A DNA stretch of 62,142 bases, the filler included, from Hausera hauseri (taxonomy: Eukaryota): assembly GCA_046269625.1 (NCBI GenBank). It is 12 parts of 12 records of this genome, joined end to end, with 100 filler letters (N's around TTAATTAATTAA, not from the genome) between each part and the next. Parts side by side here need not be neighbours in the genome. Positions count along the whole stretch, not along the records: positions 38,921 to 43,949 come from JBJURY010356265.1; positions 44,050 to 51,776 come from JBJURY010906090.1; positions 51,877 to 56,679 come from JBJURY010430030.1; 9 more parts are not named here. One strand, 5' to 3'. The notes under the pieces were generated by a model. The model made no database searches. It was not told the DNA's origin and was given only the letters and a program-made list of their open reading frames with translations. Positions 39,299-52,786 of the stretch are shown here, piece by piece (the stretch's first letter is position 1; every line of letters begins with the position of its first letter). A program made the translations under genes and the position numbers.

Positions 39299-39646
39299 TA
39301 AATTTCAGACAGTTAAATATTTGATAATTATTAAAATGACAGAAATAACAAAAGCAAAAAGGCACAAAATCACATGTATGACTACACAAAGTCTAAACGT
39401 TACACATTCTTAGCTTAGAATTTATATGGTACGGACGCTATTGGACAGATTCACTGACTAAAAAGTTCTTGTAGCAATGAGTGTAATAATATAAAATTAC
39501 TGTCGACGAGTTAGTGCTTGTGTGTGTAATCTGCTGTATATTCGTACTTTTAGGAATTATATAATGCATACAAATTTTAAGAATAGTTTGGCTGTCTTGA
39601 CATCTTCAGCAGGTAAATTTTTAATATCTATATACAGTAAATCGAC

Positions 39647-40293
39647 TATGGGCACCGATTTTCCGCGGAAAATTTTTTAAATTCCGTCGCAAGGTTTTTC
39701 GATTTCCGCAGCATATAAGCAATTTTATAAGGTTTTCCACAGCGGGAAGTAAATCATAAATTTTAGAAGAAAAACCATTCACAGGGGAATGAGATTAATA
39801 ATAAAATAAAAATCAATAATATGTAGACTTATAATTTATAAGTTAAAACTATTAAGCGTTGTTATTATAGAATAACGAGCAGTAGGCTTAAAAAGAGAAT
39901 TGTCATGTATTTTATTTAATTTATGTCCGTTCATCACTCAAGACAGAAAGGTAACATAAAAAATGAACGCGTATTTGAATAAATAAGTTTATTACTTTGC
40001 CATTCTGTAAATAATAACATTTCTTGTTGATAAGGCTGTTGACTTTAACCTTTTAGCACGTAGAAAAATCTTGTGTTAATAATAAAAATATGAGCGAAAT
40101 GATCACGATAATGATTAATAATTAATGTTGAAATTAAAGCATAATATCGTCACATGTTCAGAGAAACCCGTTTACGTTATTATATAATTTATCATCTTTC
40201 TCTTAATTTTTAATTTTTCAAAAATCCGCGGCTTTCCACAGCATTTTAGTTCTTCCGCGGCATTCCACTGGCCGAAGAAAATCGGTGCCCTTA
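39647..40293. mobile_element. Non-autonomous DNA transposon (MITE-like)
   Basis: Terminal inverted repeats TA(T/A)GGGCACCGATTTTC with subterminal ttccgcgg/ttccac motifs at both ends. Confidence 0.75.
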
Positions 40294-40501
40294 CAAATTA
40301 GTAATGCACAGCCTACATTATTGCACAATGACAATTCTTATTGAACAACAAATCAAATCAATTCTAAAAATAGAAATATGTATGACGTACACTGCCAACT
40401 TTGCAATGAGATGTTTTTTTTCACATTTCTAATTTGAATAATGAATGTTTAGTATGATTGATTTAATCTTGTTAACATTTTATATTAATAATATTTTTTA
40501 G

Positions 40502-41891
40502 TTCATTAATACGGAATTACAATCGGTTGAATTTATTTATCATTCCAAAAAGTGAACCAGATAATGACAGATATCTGTGCAGTATTTGTGAAGATATTCT
40601 CATGGATCCATGTCAGTCGATCGATGGCATTCGATATTGCTCTACATGCATTTCAGATATCGACAAAGATGACAGTTCATTGAAACAGTTTATGAAAGAC
40701 AGAGCAATTGAAAAGGAAATATTAAATTTATATATCCGTTGTATTCATTAAAATTGTACAGAAATCGTTCAGTTCCGATGTCTCACTGACCATTTAATCG
40801 TATGTCCATATCGAAACGTGTATTGCAAATACTGCAAGGAAAATTATCAATTAATACACGAGAATGATCATATGCAGAATCAGTGTCAATTATAACCAGT
40901 CAATTGCAGTTTTTGTGGATTGTCGATGACGAGAATAGATTACGAACGCCATCATTTGAATCCGAATGGTGACATGGACAGTATTTGCATCAAATGAAAG
41001 GGAATTTGTCCATTCAATTGCAGTATAATAGAACATGATAGTATTTTGCAACATTTATCCAACTGCGAGAATAGATTGGAAGATTGCACACTGAAACGAT
41101 TGGGTTGTGAGAAAAGACTGAAAAGACGAGATCTGAACGATCATTTGTATTTTGAATCAAGCGGTCATCTCCGAATGGTCATTGATGAAATAATTCGAAT
41201 GGAAACGGAAAACGAACAGTGTCGGAAATTATTTCGCGAAAAAGAACAGGAAATCTGTCGAACTGTCGTCCAGCTGAAACAAATAAATACGGAATTAGAA
41301 TGTCAAGTAGATTGTTTGAAAAAGGTCGTTGAAGAGAAGTCCAAAGAACTCCATACAGTGAAGTTGGAAATAAACAAGTACAAAGAATTGTTTGAAGAAG
41401 TGAATTTCATCGATAGTTTAACGAGGTCACTAAATGTTGACGGGGAATTCAATTGGACTGTGGAGAATATTCGAGAGAAAATTAGCAAAGCCCAATCTGA
41501 TGGACAGAATTGTTTGACGAGCGAGCCGTTTTATACGAAACCGATGGGTTATCGAATGCATTTAAAAATGTATCCTAATGGAGATGGAAAAGGGAAAAAT
41601 ACGCATTTATCCGTTTATTTCAGTTTGATGAAAGGCGATTTTGATGAGCGACTGTCGTGGCCATTCAAACAGCCGGTCACGTTGAGAGTGAAGAATAAGC
41701 GAAAGGAACAGGATGTCGTTGTTAGCATGAGACCAGATGATAACGATAATTGTTATGGTAGACCGTTGACGGAATCAAATATTGGTGCTGGATTGTCAGA
41801 ATTTGTACCGTTAACGGAGTTATTGTATCGCGATGATTTTTTGCACAATGGGGCAATCATCATTTCAGCTTCTGTATCGAACAATTTCTAA
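40502..41891 (+). pseudogene. TRAF: TNF receptor-associated factor (degenerate RING, TRAF zinc fingers, coiled coil, MATH)
   Basis: YLCSICEDILMDP; SEPFYTKPMGYRMHLKMYPNGDGKGKNTHLSVYFSLMKGDFD..LSWPF. One frame with stops at 40749, 40893 and 40995. Confidence 0.9.
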
Positions 41892-42199
41892 ATAGATCTT
41901 TTGTCCAATGTTGTGTTCGCTTTTTGCAACAAAGATTTTTATAGTTCGTGAATTAAATAAAGCAAAGAAGCCATCTTTAAGCCTCGGGGTCGGTGCAGCC
42001 GTGGAGTATCCAGGGAGGGAATTAGAGGGATGAATCCACACTCCCTCTGAAATTTGGAAGGAACCATAATTATAAATACCTTGTAGTATCACTTGCCATT
42101 TAATGACAAAGGGAACATAAGTTTAAGTGCTTTTAACCGTACGTATTTGTATAAACATTCACGTATTAACTTCCTGTTTTTACTTTACCGTGATGATTG

Positions 42200-42552
42200 G
42201 ACTATCAGATAGACGAAATATCTGAATGAAATACATAAACATAATCTTCGAGTTCAGAGTCGAACTTTCTTCGTTGGTTTCATGTTTTTCGGATATGGCC
42301 ACGGTACGCCGTACGTTGATTTCGGTGCTTTCCAAATGAAATATTCGTGAATATTTCCCTTTATTTGACCGAATCGCTCTGGATTTCCAGTATCGATAAT
42401 GTCTTCTGCTGGTTTTAACGGTTTTCGTTTGTAGTCTAAGTAGCTGTGCATTGTCATCTTTTTGAGGGGAACGGCTGAAATGTGTTTGTTCTTATGTTCA
42501 ATATCATAATTATGCAAGTAAAAAGTAACAAGCACTGAAAATTCATCATCCT
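42200..42552 (-). pseudogene. Host exon fragment, possibly the N-terminal region of a glycosidase (hexosaminidase-like WPxP)
   Basis: Open exon ending GVPWPYPKNMKPTKK, followed by a short GT-AG intron; weak motif only. Confidence 0.25.
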
Positions 42553-43092
42553 ATGTATACACACACACATACACACAACGGCATTAATAAAAGTCATCAA
42601 TGCTTGTCAAGGACGATGGTATCTGCTATGAATGACTCTACAAAGAACATTAGTATAAAAATAGTCAGTAATTACTCATACAAAATGAATTATACAAAAC
42701 GCTATGTTTCATATAGACAATCATGCGTGTAATAAAGAAACCAATCATCACACAAATATTGTGATGTATTTTATTAGCAATTTTAATAAAATTTTTTCAT
42801 TAACATTAATGGTGAACATGTTTATTTATCTAGATTTTATCCCGGTTTTACAAACTAAATCTGGCGACATATTTCAGAACCACATTCTTCCAACCTTTAA
42901 TGACAATTTCTGTAGTAACCCACATAGTAACCATCGTACATCAAATTTAATATTTCGATATTTATATTGTTGTCTTTCGAATTGAGAATAATAAATAAAG
43001 ATTTTTGAGTCCTTTGAACTGTCTACTTCAGTAAGGGTATTTCGATTATTAAATTTAAAATATTATTTTAAGTTTGTTTAAGTACTGACAAT

Positions 43093-43169
43093 TTAGCGGA
43101 CATTTTAGAAATGAAATTAGCGGACATTTTAGAAATGAAATTAGCGGACATTTTAGAAATGAAATTAGC
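43093..43169. repeat. 24-bp minisatellite x3.2
   Basis: (ttagcggacattttagaaatgaaa)3, perfect copies. Confidence 0.95.
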
Positions 43170-43254
43170 TGTATGTTCGGTTATGAATTAATTCGTATTT
43201 ATGTTTATAATATTTTAAATATGATTTACATTAATATGTCTTATTTCTGTTTTA

Positions 43255-43829
43255 GTTTGAACCATGTCAAAAATGTAGTAGCAATACAAGTAATTTGAAG
43301 AATCATCTGAAATTGGTGAATTCTGACATTAAAATGTGAACAAGAAATAAAATTACTCAAAGCCGAAGTTGATGAAAGCAAAAACGTCATTAAGCAGTTG
43401 AAGAATAATTTACTCGAGATTGCCAAACAATCGACATGTAACGATGACAATGTAAAATTGCGTGACGAAATTACCGCTTTGAAATTAACAATCGTCAGCA
43501 AGGACAAATGCAACAGTTGCGACGAACTCAAGTCGAAATTTGCCAGTTTGAAGAAAGCCACACAAGACGAGAAAATCGAATACGATGCTAAATTGTTGTT
43601 ATTGACAAACGACAATAAACGATACGAAAAACGAAATGAATTGCTGGAGAACAAAAACAAATCGTTGGAGAAGGAAATGCGCGAAATGACGGCGAATAAT
43701 AGACAAGAGGTTAAGGGGAATAAGTTAGTGACGATGTTGTCAGATCAGGTTGAGGTACAGAAGACGAGTATTGCCGATTTGATCAGCAGTCCGTGCGATG
43801 TATGTTCTGAGACTGTGCTGATTTTCTAG
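43255..43829 (+). pseudogene. Coiled-coil protein exon, unidentified
   Basis: Heptad-rich K/E/L ORF 43398-43829 following a tttag acceptor. Confidence 0.4.
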
Positions 43830-44082
43830 TTGAGGAAAATGATTTTAAAATACAACTTTTTATTCAAATTCAGAATGTTTTTAGAAGTTTGAAAGTAGAA
43901 ACTTCACTCAATTTGTTTCAATACGAACGATTTTGAAACCGTAAGATCGNNNNNNNNNNNNNNNNNNNNNNNNNNNNNNNNNNNNNNNNNNNNTTAATTA
44001 ATTAANNNNNNNNNNNNNNNNNNNNNNNNNNNNNNNNNNNNNNNNNNNNAAAACACCAGAAAAACGCAACTGGACATTAAAA

Positions 44083-45033
44083 GTGTGACACAATTTCACA
44101 CTTGTTCAAATATCCCCACTACGTTTAAGAATTTCGGACGTTGGAAAAATTTTATCATTACTTTTCTCGAACTAATATTCTTTTAATATTCGATTTATAA
44201 TGTTTCCTTAATATTCTGCCAAAATAAAAAAAATATCTATCGATAATTCTGTCTATATTCTGTGGGAATATGCAATTGATAACACTGTGAAAGAAAAAAA
44301 ATTATCTAACTAAAATAAGCATATACAAGACTAATAGCAAGTCATGTACTGATGCCAAAACTGTCTTGTTTGGTTTCTATCACGTCCAGATATCAAGTTG
44401 CAGTTGATCAAAGTTTTGCATTAAAAAGTAAGAAAACACAACATTATGATCGAAACCATTTCTATTACTGAGGAAACTGCCGGCTCGACCGCGTCTGTCT
44501 ATTGCTTTGCGCACTATTCTGTCTCCTCAGTATCCAACAAAAGCCTATCATGGAAGGGCTATTCTTTTCTCTGTATCTCTGTTCCATCGTATCTATTTCT
44601 TGATGAAATCTCTCACCACTCTTGTCACTGACGGCTCCAAGATTTTACGAGAAAAAATCAAGATGAAAAATGCAGGAAGTGTATCTTTAAAGACATTCTG
44701 GCTCTGGTAGCATGGGAACTGTGAATGAATCGGTTGATCATTTCTCTGTAATCTGACGACTCTTAGTTTTCCAAGAACCATGTACACAGATTTTGGAAAG
44801 ATAACTACGCACTGGTCGGAAAGACTTCGTCTTTCATTAACTGTCGGATCTGAGGCCCCACAAACATTCCTTCTTTTCACTTTGCTTCTGTTATTATACT
44901 TTGACGAATACGTTTAGTTCCAGAAAATACCATAAATCGAATATTAAAAGAACCTCAGAACGAAAATATTGTCAAAATTCAAAATTCTTCAACGTAGATT
45001 TGAGATTTGAAAACGTGTGAAATATTGTCACAT
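44083..45033. mobile_element. TIR element with ~100-bp imperfect inverted ends enclosing a nested transposon remnant
   Basis: 44083-44200 is the imperfect reverse complement of 44931-45033 (tgtgaca..tttcacac; ttcttttaatattcgatttat). Confidence 0.65.
44283..44720 (-). mobile_element. 3' end of a Chapaev3-like (CMC) DNA transposon
   Basis: MSLKIHFLH.HLDFF...LGAVSDKSGERFHQEIDTMEQRY...SPSMIGFCWILRR; terminus CACTG at 44283. Superfamily assignment is from recalled motif. Confidence 0.65.
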
Positions 45034-45138
45034 ATAAAGCCTCCTTCCTTGGCAAAATAGTTTTCATGTTATTAATCATCATTCTATTTTGCACGTCTCG
45101 GGTATATTTTTGGAATTCGGTTTGTATTGTAGGAAATT

Positions 45139-48100
45139 TGCTGCATTACTATTATAAAAGTCTATGTTTGTACAAGAAATTTTCATAATACACATGGACT
45201 ATCCATAATGTTTCGTCTCTTGGCAGTAAAAATCAACGGAGAAATTTGACATTGAAAATTAGAGGATAAAACCACGAAAGAAATAGTCAGTAATTACATA
45301 ATATTCAATGACAGACATAGTATGATAGTTTTTGCTGCTGCATTACTATTATAAAACTCTGTGTTTGTACAAGAAATTTTCATAATACACATGGACTATC
45401 CATAATGATCTACGTTTGTCGTGTCGATAAAATTTCTCTATGGCTGCGGGTTCTTATGTACAAGTACCATAAATGAGGGATTTTACTGTAAATATGGGTC
45501 AACACATGTAGGCGAAATTAAAATGCCTGTAATTAAGTGTCTCTGTGATTATCTGCGTATATATTATTTCTAGCAATAAGGATACAAATTAATGTAACGT
45601 TCTGCCAGTTTTTTGTTTAAGTAAAATTGAAGAAAATGTTGCCAATTTTGTTCTATAAACTTCACATCAATGAATAACACGATGTCACTATTGTGATGTA
45701 AATTGTCCTCGTTTATTGTCTTTGCCATCTCTGTCATATGATCATCATGGTTTGTTGATAGATTAATTATGTTTTCAACAAAACCTTTGTTCTGTTTATA
45801 TGTATGGCATCACTAATAATCGCATAAATTTATTATTTATATCATCTTGACAGTTTTCATTTATACTAATCCAATTTCAACTGGTTCAATTTGTCATGCG
45901 TTTGCTAAGTATATTTTTGCTAATTAATTTCATATTCGATCTTCTGCAGTTTTACTTTTAGCATTTAAATTATGTACAGAAACATCATCGACCAATTTAT
46001 TCGTGTCAAAATTATCAATTTTCCCAAATCTCCAAAACCGATTTCTTCACAATTTATACATTATTTTCGAACTGTATTTCAGTCGAACAGCGGCTAATCC
46101 GTTTGAAAATAAAGTAGTTCGATTTTCCATTTTTAAATGAAAAGAAAATCATCTTGGAAAGCAAATCGGTTGCTTCCTCAGATGGATTTATGGACAACAT
46201 TAATTTCCATGAAATTTATTTTGGATTGACAGCTTGGACGAAGTCTGGAGATGAGAAACAGATACAGATTTCCGGCTATGCCACTGCGAACTCAGATGGA
46301 CTCTATCTTTTTTGTAGAGGAATTGCAAAAGTATTCCACTACAAATCTGTTGCATAACAAAATAAAAATTCTCTGAACATTCCCAGTTAGAACTATAACT
46401 AACGTCGGTTGATGGACAGAAAAAACTCAGTCCCAGTTGATACAGTTGGGATGATAATCTGCCGGGCATCGAACGTTAATCAGAGTTCGCAGTTGAAATT
46501 CCGATCGGATACGAAATTAGTGGAATAGGTGTTCGAAATCGATTCGAAAAAATTAAGGAAACTCGACTTCAGTTTAGAGCACGGACGAGCAACCACGATA
46601 AAACAGTTTGGTGTTATGTAGATGATTACAAAACATCGATTAGGTTAAATGTTTTTTGTAAATATTAATTATATATACAAAGTACATAAAATGTCGTTTA
46701 GATCCTCCGACAAAAGTTCTCATAATTCCAAAGATCTCTAATATTATAAAAACCGGAAGTTATATGACTTGTTCTGCTGTTGATGGAAATCCGAAACCGA
46801 ATGCAAAATGAACGTTCATAACGGGACCTACAAATGCTACGAATTACTTTCAAATTGTAAACAATGATAGAACGTTTGTGTTGAATGATTCGGCACCTGT
46901 AACGTCTCATTGGGAAATCGCTTGTGAGTCATCAAATATTTTCGGACGACGTATTAATCATCATTATATTTTGTGCATATCTCTGTGATTATTTGTTATA
47001 AAAATGACCCATATTTACAGTAAAATCCCTCATTTATGGTACTTGTACACAGAACCAGCAGCCATAGAGAATATTATTCATCAATGTGAAGTTTATAGAA
47101 CAAAACTGGCAACATTTTCTTCAATTTTACTTAAACAAAAACTGGCAGAACGTTACATTAATTTGTATCCTAATTGCTAGAAATATTACATACGCAGACA
47201 TTTGATTGAAATTTTAAATTTGCGGTAAATCTCCACAATATTTCATACATTGTAAATTTTTATTAAACAGCGTTGCATTCGAGTAGGCATACAACTATTA
47301 AATGGTTCGAATTAATCGATAGAAGCTACAGCATGATTTGGACTTTGTGTTAACCTTTGGCCCTTTGGTCGTTATGATGGTTTTGTCTCTTCTAATTCAT
47401 TCAACGATTTATCAGTTTGAATTACTAATGATCGCGTCTTTCGAGCACTGACTGGCTGGAGTTGAATATTAGTTAAGAAATTGAGTTGCGATTATATTGA
47501 AATTCAAAATTTCCATGCATCAGCAGTGATAGGAAATAAGTACTTAAGTATAGTTTGCATTTAAAGGCTGCAGTAATATTAATATTAGCTGCATTCATAT
47601 TATTAATCCGCATTATATTTCATGTTAACAAATCAACGATTTGCTAAACTTCATGTCATTTTATTTCCAGTTTCTCCACCGACATATACAGAATTCCAAA
47701 TGCCAATCGACATCAATTGTAAAGTCAAATGTACAATTCCAAACAAAGGAATTTTATGTGGAACAGTTCGTTGGGCCGGTAAACATCGGGATGCGAGTGT
47801 GTATATATATAATTTTTATTATTATTCAGTTCGTGATGAATTCACTGCATATTCTGATGAAATGTTCAATGGGATAGAATTCAATACAACTGTGAAATGT
47901 CTCATTACAAATGCACTACCTTTCTATGGTATTGTACGTTGGAAAGGATTGGGTATTAATAATCAACGTTTGTTTGGTATCTAATTGGTGAGTAACAATT
48001 GTCTAATGGTGTACTGTGTTTCAATGTTAGTAATTAGGAAGAACAAAGCGATGGCTGCTCAAATGGAACATTTCATAATCAAAAATTGTTCGATTGTCAA

Positions 48101-48345
48101 AATGGCTTTGGATTTATCCTTCCAATTGCAATGGTACATCGAGATGATAGGTGGATTGAGAAAATTGATTGTATCCATATTTATATTTATTTTTATTTAT
48201 TATTAAATGGCAGTTAAAATTTATAATTCAATGAAGGTGGGGAATATTGTAGAAGTACTGTAAATGAGGTATTTTACTGTAAATATGGGTCATTTTTATA
48301 ACAAATAATCAGAGAGACATGTAAAATATAATGATGATTAATAAT
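45139..48345. repeat. Mosaic of a local repeat family in direct and inverted orientation
   Basis: 45139-45210 is duplicated at 45337-45408; 45435-45680 is inverted at ~47005-47200; 46955-47035 is inverted at ~48260-48345. Confidence 0.75.
47700..48170 (+). pseudogene. CAP-Gly domain gene fragment (CYLD-like) with short introns
   Basis: GTVRWAG; YGIVRWKG...LFGI*L | EEQSDGCSNGTFHNQKLFDCQNGFGFILP. TAA replaces the expected Glu. Confidence 0.7.
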
Positions 48346-48419
48346 ATGGGAAAATTGGTGGACAATTCTTTTATGGAATTTGTTAATGAGCATCACACAG
48401 CCACATCAATTTAATTCCA

Positions 48420-48800
48420 AACTTGTCAGGCTTGGTGCCGATATATTGTTCGAAAAGAACTCACCTGTGGAACTCAAACAGCTGTTCGTCGATTGTCAAC
48501 CACTCATTGGACACATAGACGTCTCGCAGCTTCTTGATAAATGCGCTCGTAATTTCTCTCACTGGTGCCAAAGGGTCTTGTTTGTCCCATTGTAGTGAGT
48601 CGTCAAATCGCATAGCTGATTTGATCTGCAGAAAGCGTTCCATTGACATTGTGTCTCTACAAATAGGACTTCCATCACTTGTAGACCACATGTCTTCAAC
48701 TGTACGATACTTCGCTTTAAATGCCCCATGACTATTAGGAGACCAACAAAAGCTTCCAATTCCACAAGATCCACTGTCTTCCAAACTTTGCGTTTACTTG
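48420..48800 (-). mobile_element. piggyBac transposase fragment
   Basis: ELEAFVGLLIVMG, TMSMERFLQIKSAMRFDD, DPLAPVRE, LTIDEQL..F. Confidence 0.85.
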
Positions 48801-50227
48801 GATTTTCATTATTCCATTTAAGAACCCGTCGTTTTCCTTGTCAGTTGGTATAATACATGACATCTTGAAGAATTATTTAGAGTTCTACATGTCGGTTCTA
48901 AAAGTACAAAATTTTATGCTGTTTATTATCCTTCTTTATGTTCATTTATTTTTATGTCAGTGTATTATTGCTTATTGTGACATGTAATCTTTTCTCAATT
49001 CATTCTTCCATAAGCCAACAGTAAATTTAGAGTTTGTCATCCATTTTCAACTATAGGGTAAACGTTCTATTAACAATTGAAGAACAAATTGTTAATTGTT
49101 GAGCGGAAAAATTACTATTGATAAAATCTTTGAATGTGACAATTTTTTTGCTATTACTTTATGATATAATAACTAATGTATATTATTTATTTTAGGTCAG
49201 GCCGATCTCCTCAAACCGTTGTCTTTACGTTTTAGAGTTTTTTTTGGAACCATCGTTTTCGATTTTCTTTAGTTTTATATTTACATAAAATAATCAATCT
49301 TTAGCATTAACATCTACTGTAACGACGAATACTATAAGCCAAAAATAATAATGATCGAAATACCAGCGAATATGAAAATTGGTAAATGTTATTAGTGTTC
49401 TGTTTTTCATTGGTTTTTATTTACACTTCGAAATGTCAGTTCTTATGAAAAAACACTTCCGAATTGTTACTCACGAATATTGATAAAATTTAGTGTAAAG
49501 TTAAATGGCATGTATTTTAAGAAATCTGGTAAAATTATAACTGGTCATTCATTCTTCATAGAGAAATTTAGAATCAAAAATGCTGAAATTTAAGTTTTTT
49601 TCATTGGTTTTATTTATATCATTTTTGTTAGGAAAACCGTTGCCCGATGACGATTATTATGGTAACTATATGCATAATAGCCAATAATCAATTTTCGAAG
49701 AAAATCTATAAATTCATTTTGCGAATAATCAATTTTGCACCGTAACCAAAGTCCTAATCGATAGTGCTCAATTGTGCGCATTGATCTGTGCTCTTGAAAT
49801 ATTTGGTGCACTATTCAAACGGCGAAAATCAGTAATATTGGTTTTCCTATAATTAGAATATTGATTATTTGAATTTGTGACCAAAGCAAGTCAATTAAGA
49901 AAACGTTGCTCTATACAACTGTGCAGTCAGTTATTAAATCGATCAATTGGTTATCGTAATTATCGATTCGAATGTTGGTGTGTTTGTCACTTTTTCACCC
50001 ACAAGGAAGGAAAATTCGAAAAACCTTTAAGCGTACACAGATTGGAATCAATATATGTGGAATTCGAATCTGGTGTCAGGTATTCGAAAACAAGATTCCG
50101 AATCGAATAATTACTTATTTGAACTTTAAAACTCAATCAATCGTAAATTATTCAAAGCATCTGCCAGTAGTATTACCATGGTTATAGGCCGGCCCCTTAA
50201 ATTAAAAAAAATTTATTCGTTCGCCAA

Positions 50228-51596
50228 GAACGACAGATATAATACTTGTCGGCATTTACCTTTGACATAAAACATATTCATTGGGTTAATAATTTGGATG
50301 CCGACTTTTTATCTAGGTCGGTTAATTCGATTAATTTTTCACCGATTTTTACACAAGCTCAACTTCAACAGAACGAGCTACCTCAAGACATGCTTAATTC
50401 TTTCAAGTCTTGAACAATTGTTAACTGCGTGGCTTTAGACACTTCCAAACCAGGTTATTCCATATTAATTCTCTCACTATCATTGCAAAGGCAAGCATTT
50501 AATAGCGTACATTGGCTACACCACCCTGGTGCTAAAGCCACTTTTCCTTTACTCCATAGACAAGTAATACAGCCGTCAATGCGTCACTGCATATCGCGTT
50601 TAGAGTACGTGCATATTGATATTGTTGGCCCTCTTCCTCCAGATAACGGCCATCAATTTATTCGCACCATGATGGACCATTCCTCACGATGGCCAGAAGC
50701 CATCCCTCTGCGGAGCACAAACACCGATACCATAGCTGACGTTTTTATTCGCACATGGATTAGCAGTTTTGGATCACATCGCTTCATCATCACGGACCAG
50801 GGTCCACAGTTTGAATCCAACCTGTTCAAATCTCTTGTTAACCTATTGGGGATCCATCACATTCCTACTACGCCTTACCATCCCCAATCGAATGGCCTCC
50901 TAGAACACTTCCAACGAACATTGAAAACGTCACTAAGAATCCTGGCAGAGTCCAACACTAGTTGGACGCACCTTCTTCCGTTTGTTCTGCTTGGCTGGCG
51001 TAGCACTACGTCTACTTCTACGGGATGTTCACCTACTGAAGCCTTATTCGGAGCTCCCGTACGACCATTGTTCGACCTAACTGCCCTAGACGACACTCTT
51101 ACAGATGAAACGATACGAGCAGCGTAAAATCAATTCTTCACGGTCAGAAAAGATTCGTTCGGCAGGATATTTCACAAAGACAAAACATATTTACCCGAAG
51201 ACATGTATTTAGCAAAATTCATATGGCTAAAAAATTAGACGCCGTGCGGTTTTCAGCCGCGGTATCTGGGGCCCTATAAACTGATACAGTTGCATTCACA
51301 TAATACTGCTATCTATAAAGACGGCAAAGAACTTACAGTACATATTATCAACTTAAAGCCCGCCTTCTTTGTCGACGACACTTCACCAATCGATACGTCA
51401 ACCTCTTTTCTCACTCCTGCGCTTTCTGCTCTTCCTTTATCCGTTGCTAAACCAGTTTCACCTCCTCCTTCTTCCTCTATTTCTGCTTTATCATTTTCCA
51501 CACCTTCTACTTCTATTCCTATTTCTCTTCCTTTATCTATCTGTCCCTCTGTCTCATTTTCTACTTCTACTCTTTCGCCTAACACAATTCCAATTT
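50228..51596 (+). mobile_element. Gypsy family B integrase and 3' tail, second copy with internal deletions
   Basis: VHIDIVGPLPPDNGH...YHPQSNGLLE; colinear with the reverse complement of 20760-22600. Confidence 0.9.
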
Positions 51597-52062
51597 CTGA
51601 ATACGGAAATTCTTTTGGAGCAACATTTAATGATATAATATAAAGTGATAAATCTTTTTGAGGATAATAATGTTGCAAATTTTTCGAAGCTGATATTTCG
51701 ATCTTATTAAGATCTTCGTCAGAGCACTATGTGTTTCTTTTATATTAGTGTGTACAAATGATCTTAATTTTATCCTNNNNNNNNNNNNNNNNNNNNNNNN
51801 NNNNNNNNNNNNNNNNNNNNTTAATTAATTAANNNNNNNNNNNNNNNNNNNNNNNNNNNNNNNNNNNNNNNNNNNNCGTTTGTCTACTGTTTACAATGAA
51901 AGCAAACCGGTTGGAACAAATTTGGTCGCTGGCTTCATTGGACGTTTGCCTATTGTTTATATAATGGCAAGCCGGGTGGTACATTGTTTACAATGAAAAT
52001 AAACAGATTTGACCAAATTTGGTATAAATATGGATGTCATTACATTTCACTTTGTCTCTAAA

Positions 52063-52565
52063 ATGTCTTCACACCAACAAAACAACAACAGCATCAACAG
52101 TCCAATTGTGCCAGGTTGCAGTTATGTGAGAAAGTCAATTTCGTGTTTACTCTTTTTGCTCTTATTATATATTTAGAAAGCAACAGTGAGTAAAAGTACG
52201 GTCTGTATTCTCTCAGAAAATCCTGGCTGTACAACGGGTACAATCTTCACTATCTGCGAACCACCATTCAATTGGCATTGTCTGAGTCGGTCAAAATGAT
52301 GCAACCAGAAAAGATCAGCGACAGTGATTTGGACTCAATGGAAGAGACAACTAAAAAGGTTGACAGTGATTTGGTGCTGTCTAATGATATTAGGGACACC
52401 GTCCATTTTCCTCAAAGGGAATCTAAAGAAAATTATCAGCTAACGTGAAGGTGAAACGGCGGTTTTGCCACCAGAAGGAGCTAATAGCTACCTAACACTG
52501 AAGTTCAAAGGATTCAAGGAAATGAGTGGCGCCAATGTGGAAAATGGGAAAGTTTACTGATTTAA
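52063..52565 (+). pseudogene. Second copy of the small gene convergent with polB
   Basis: SENPGCTTGTIFTIC, KISDSDLDSMEET, AVLPPEG..YLTLKFKG; homologous to 11186-11640. Confidence 0.62.
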
Positions 52566-52786
52566 CTTACTTTGCGTGTTTTGTGATTTAAGTGTCTCCG
52601 ATCAATAAATAATTGTATTCGTGTTTCATATTTTGTTTTATTTTTACTTATATCTTACTTAATAATAATAATAGGTTAAGTAACCGAAAACAAAAAACAA
52701 AATACATTGAACAAAATACGTTATTGAAATATACGACAAAACAATATACAACGGATAATTGTCAATGATTGTCACAGTAACTGACT

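Noticed and set aside
40527-41891. Stop-codon reassignment explaining the in-frame stops
   Set aside because: All three stop types occur, other genes also carry frameshifts, and intact ORFs end in TAA. Ordinary decay is sufficient.
43093-43169. CRISPR-like repeat
   Set aside because: The repeats are contiguous with no spacers, in a eukaryotic context with no cas genes.
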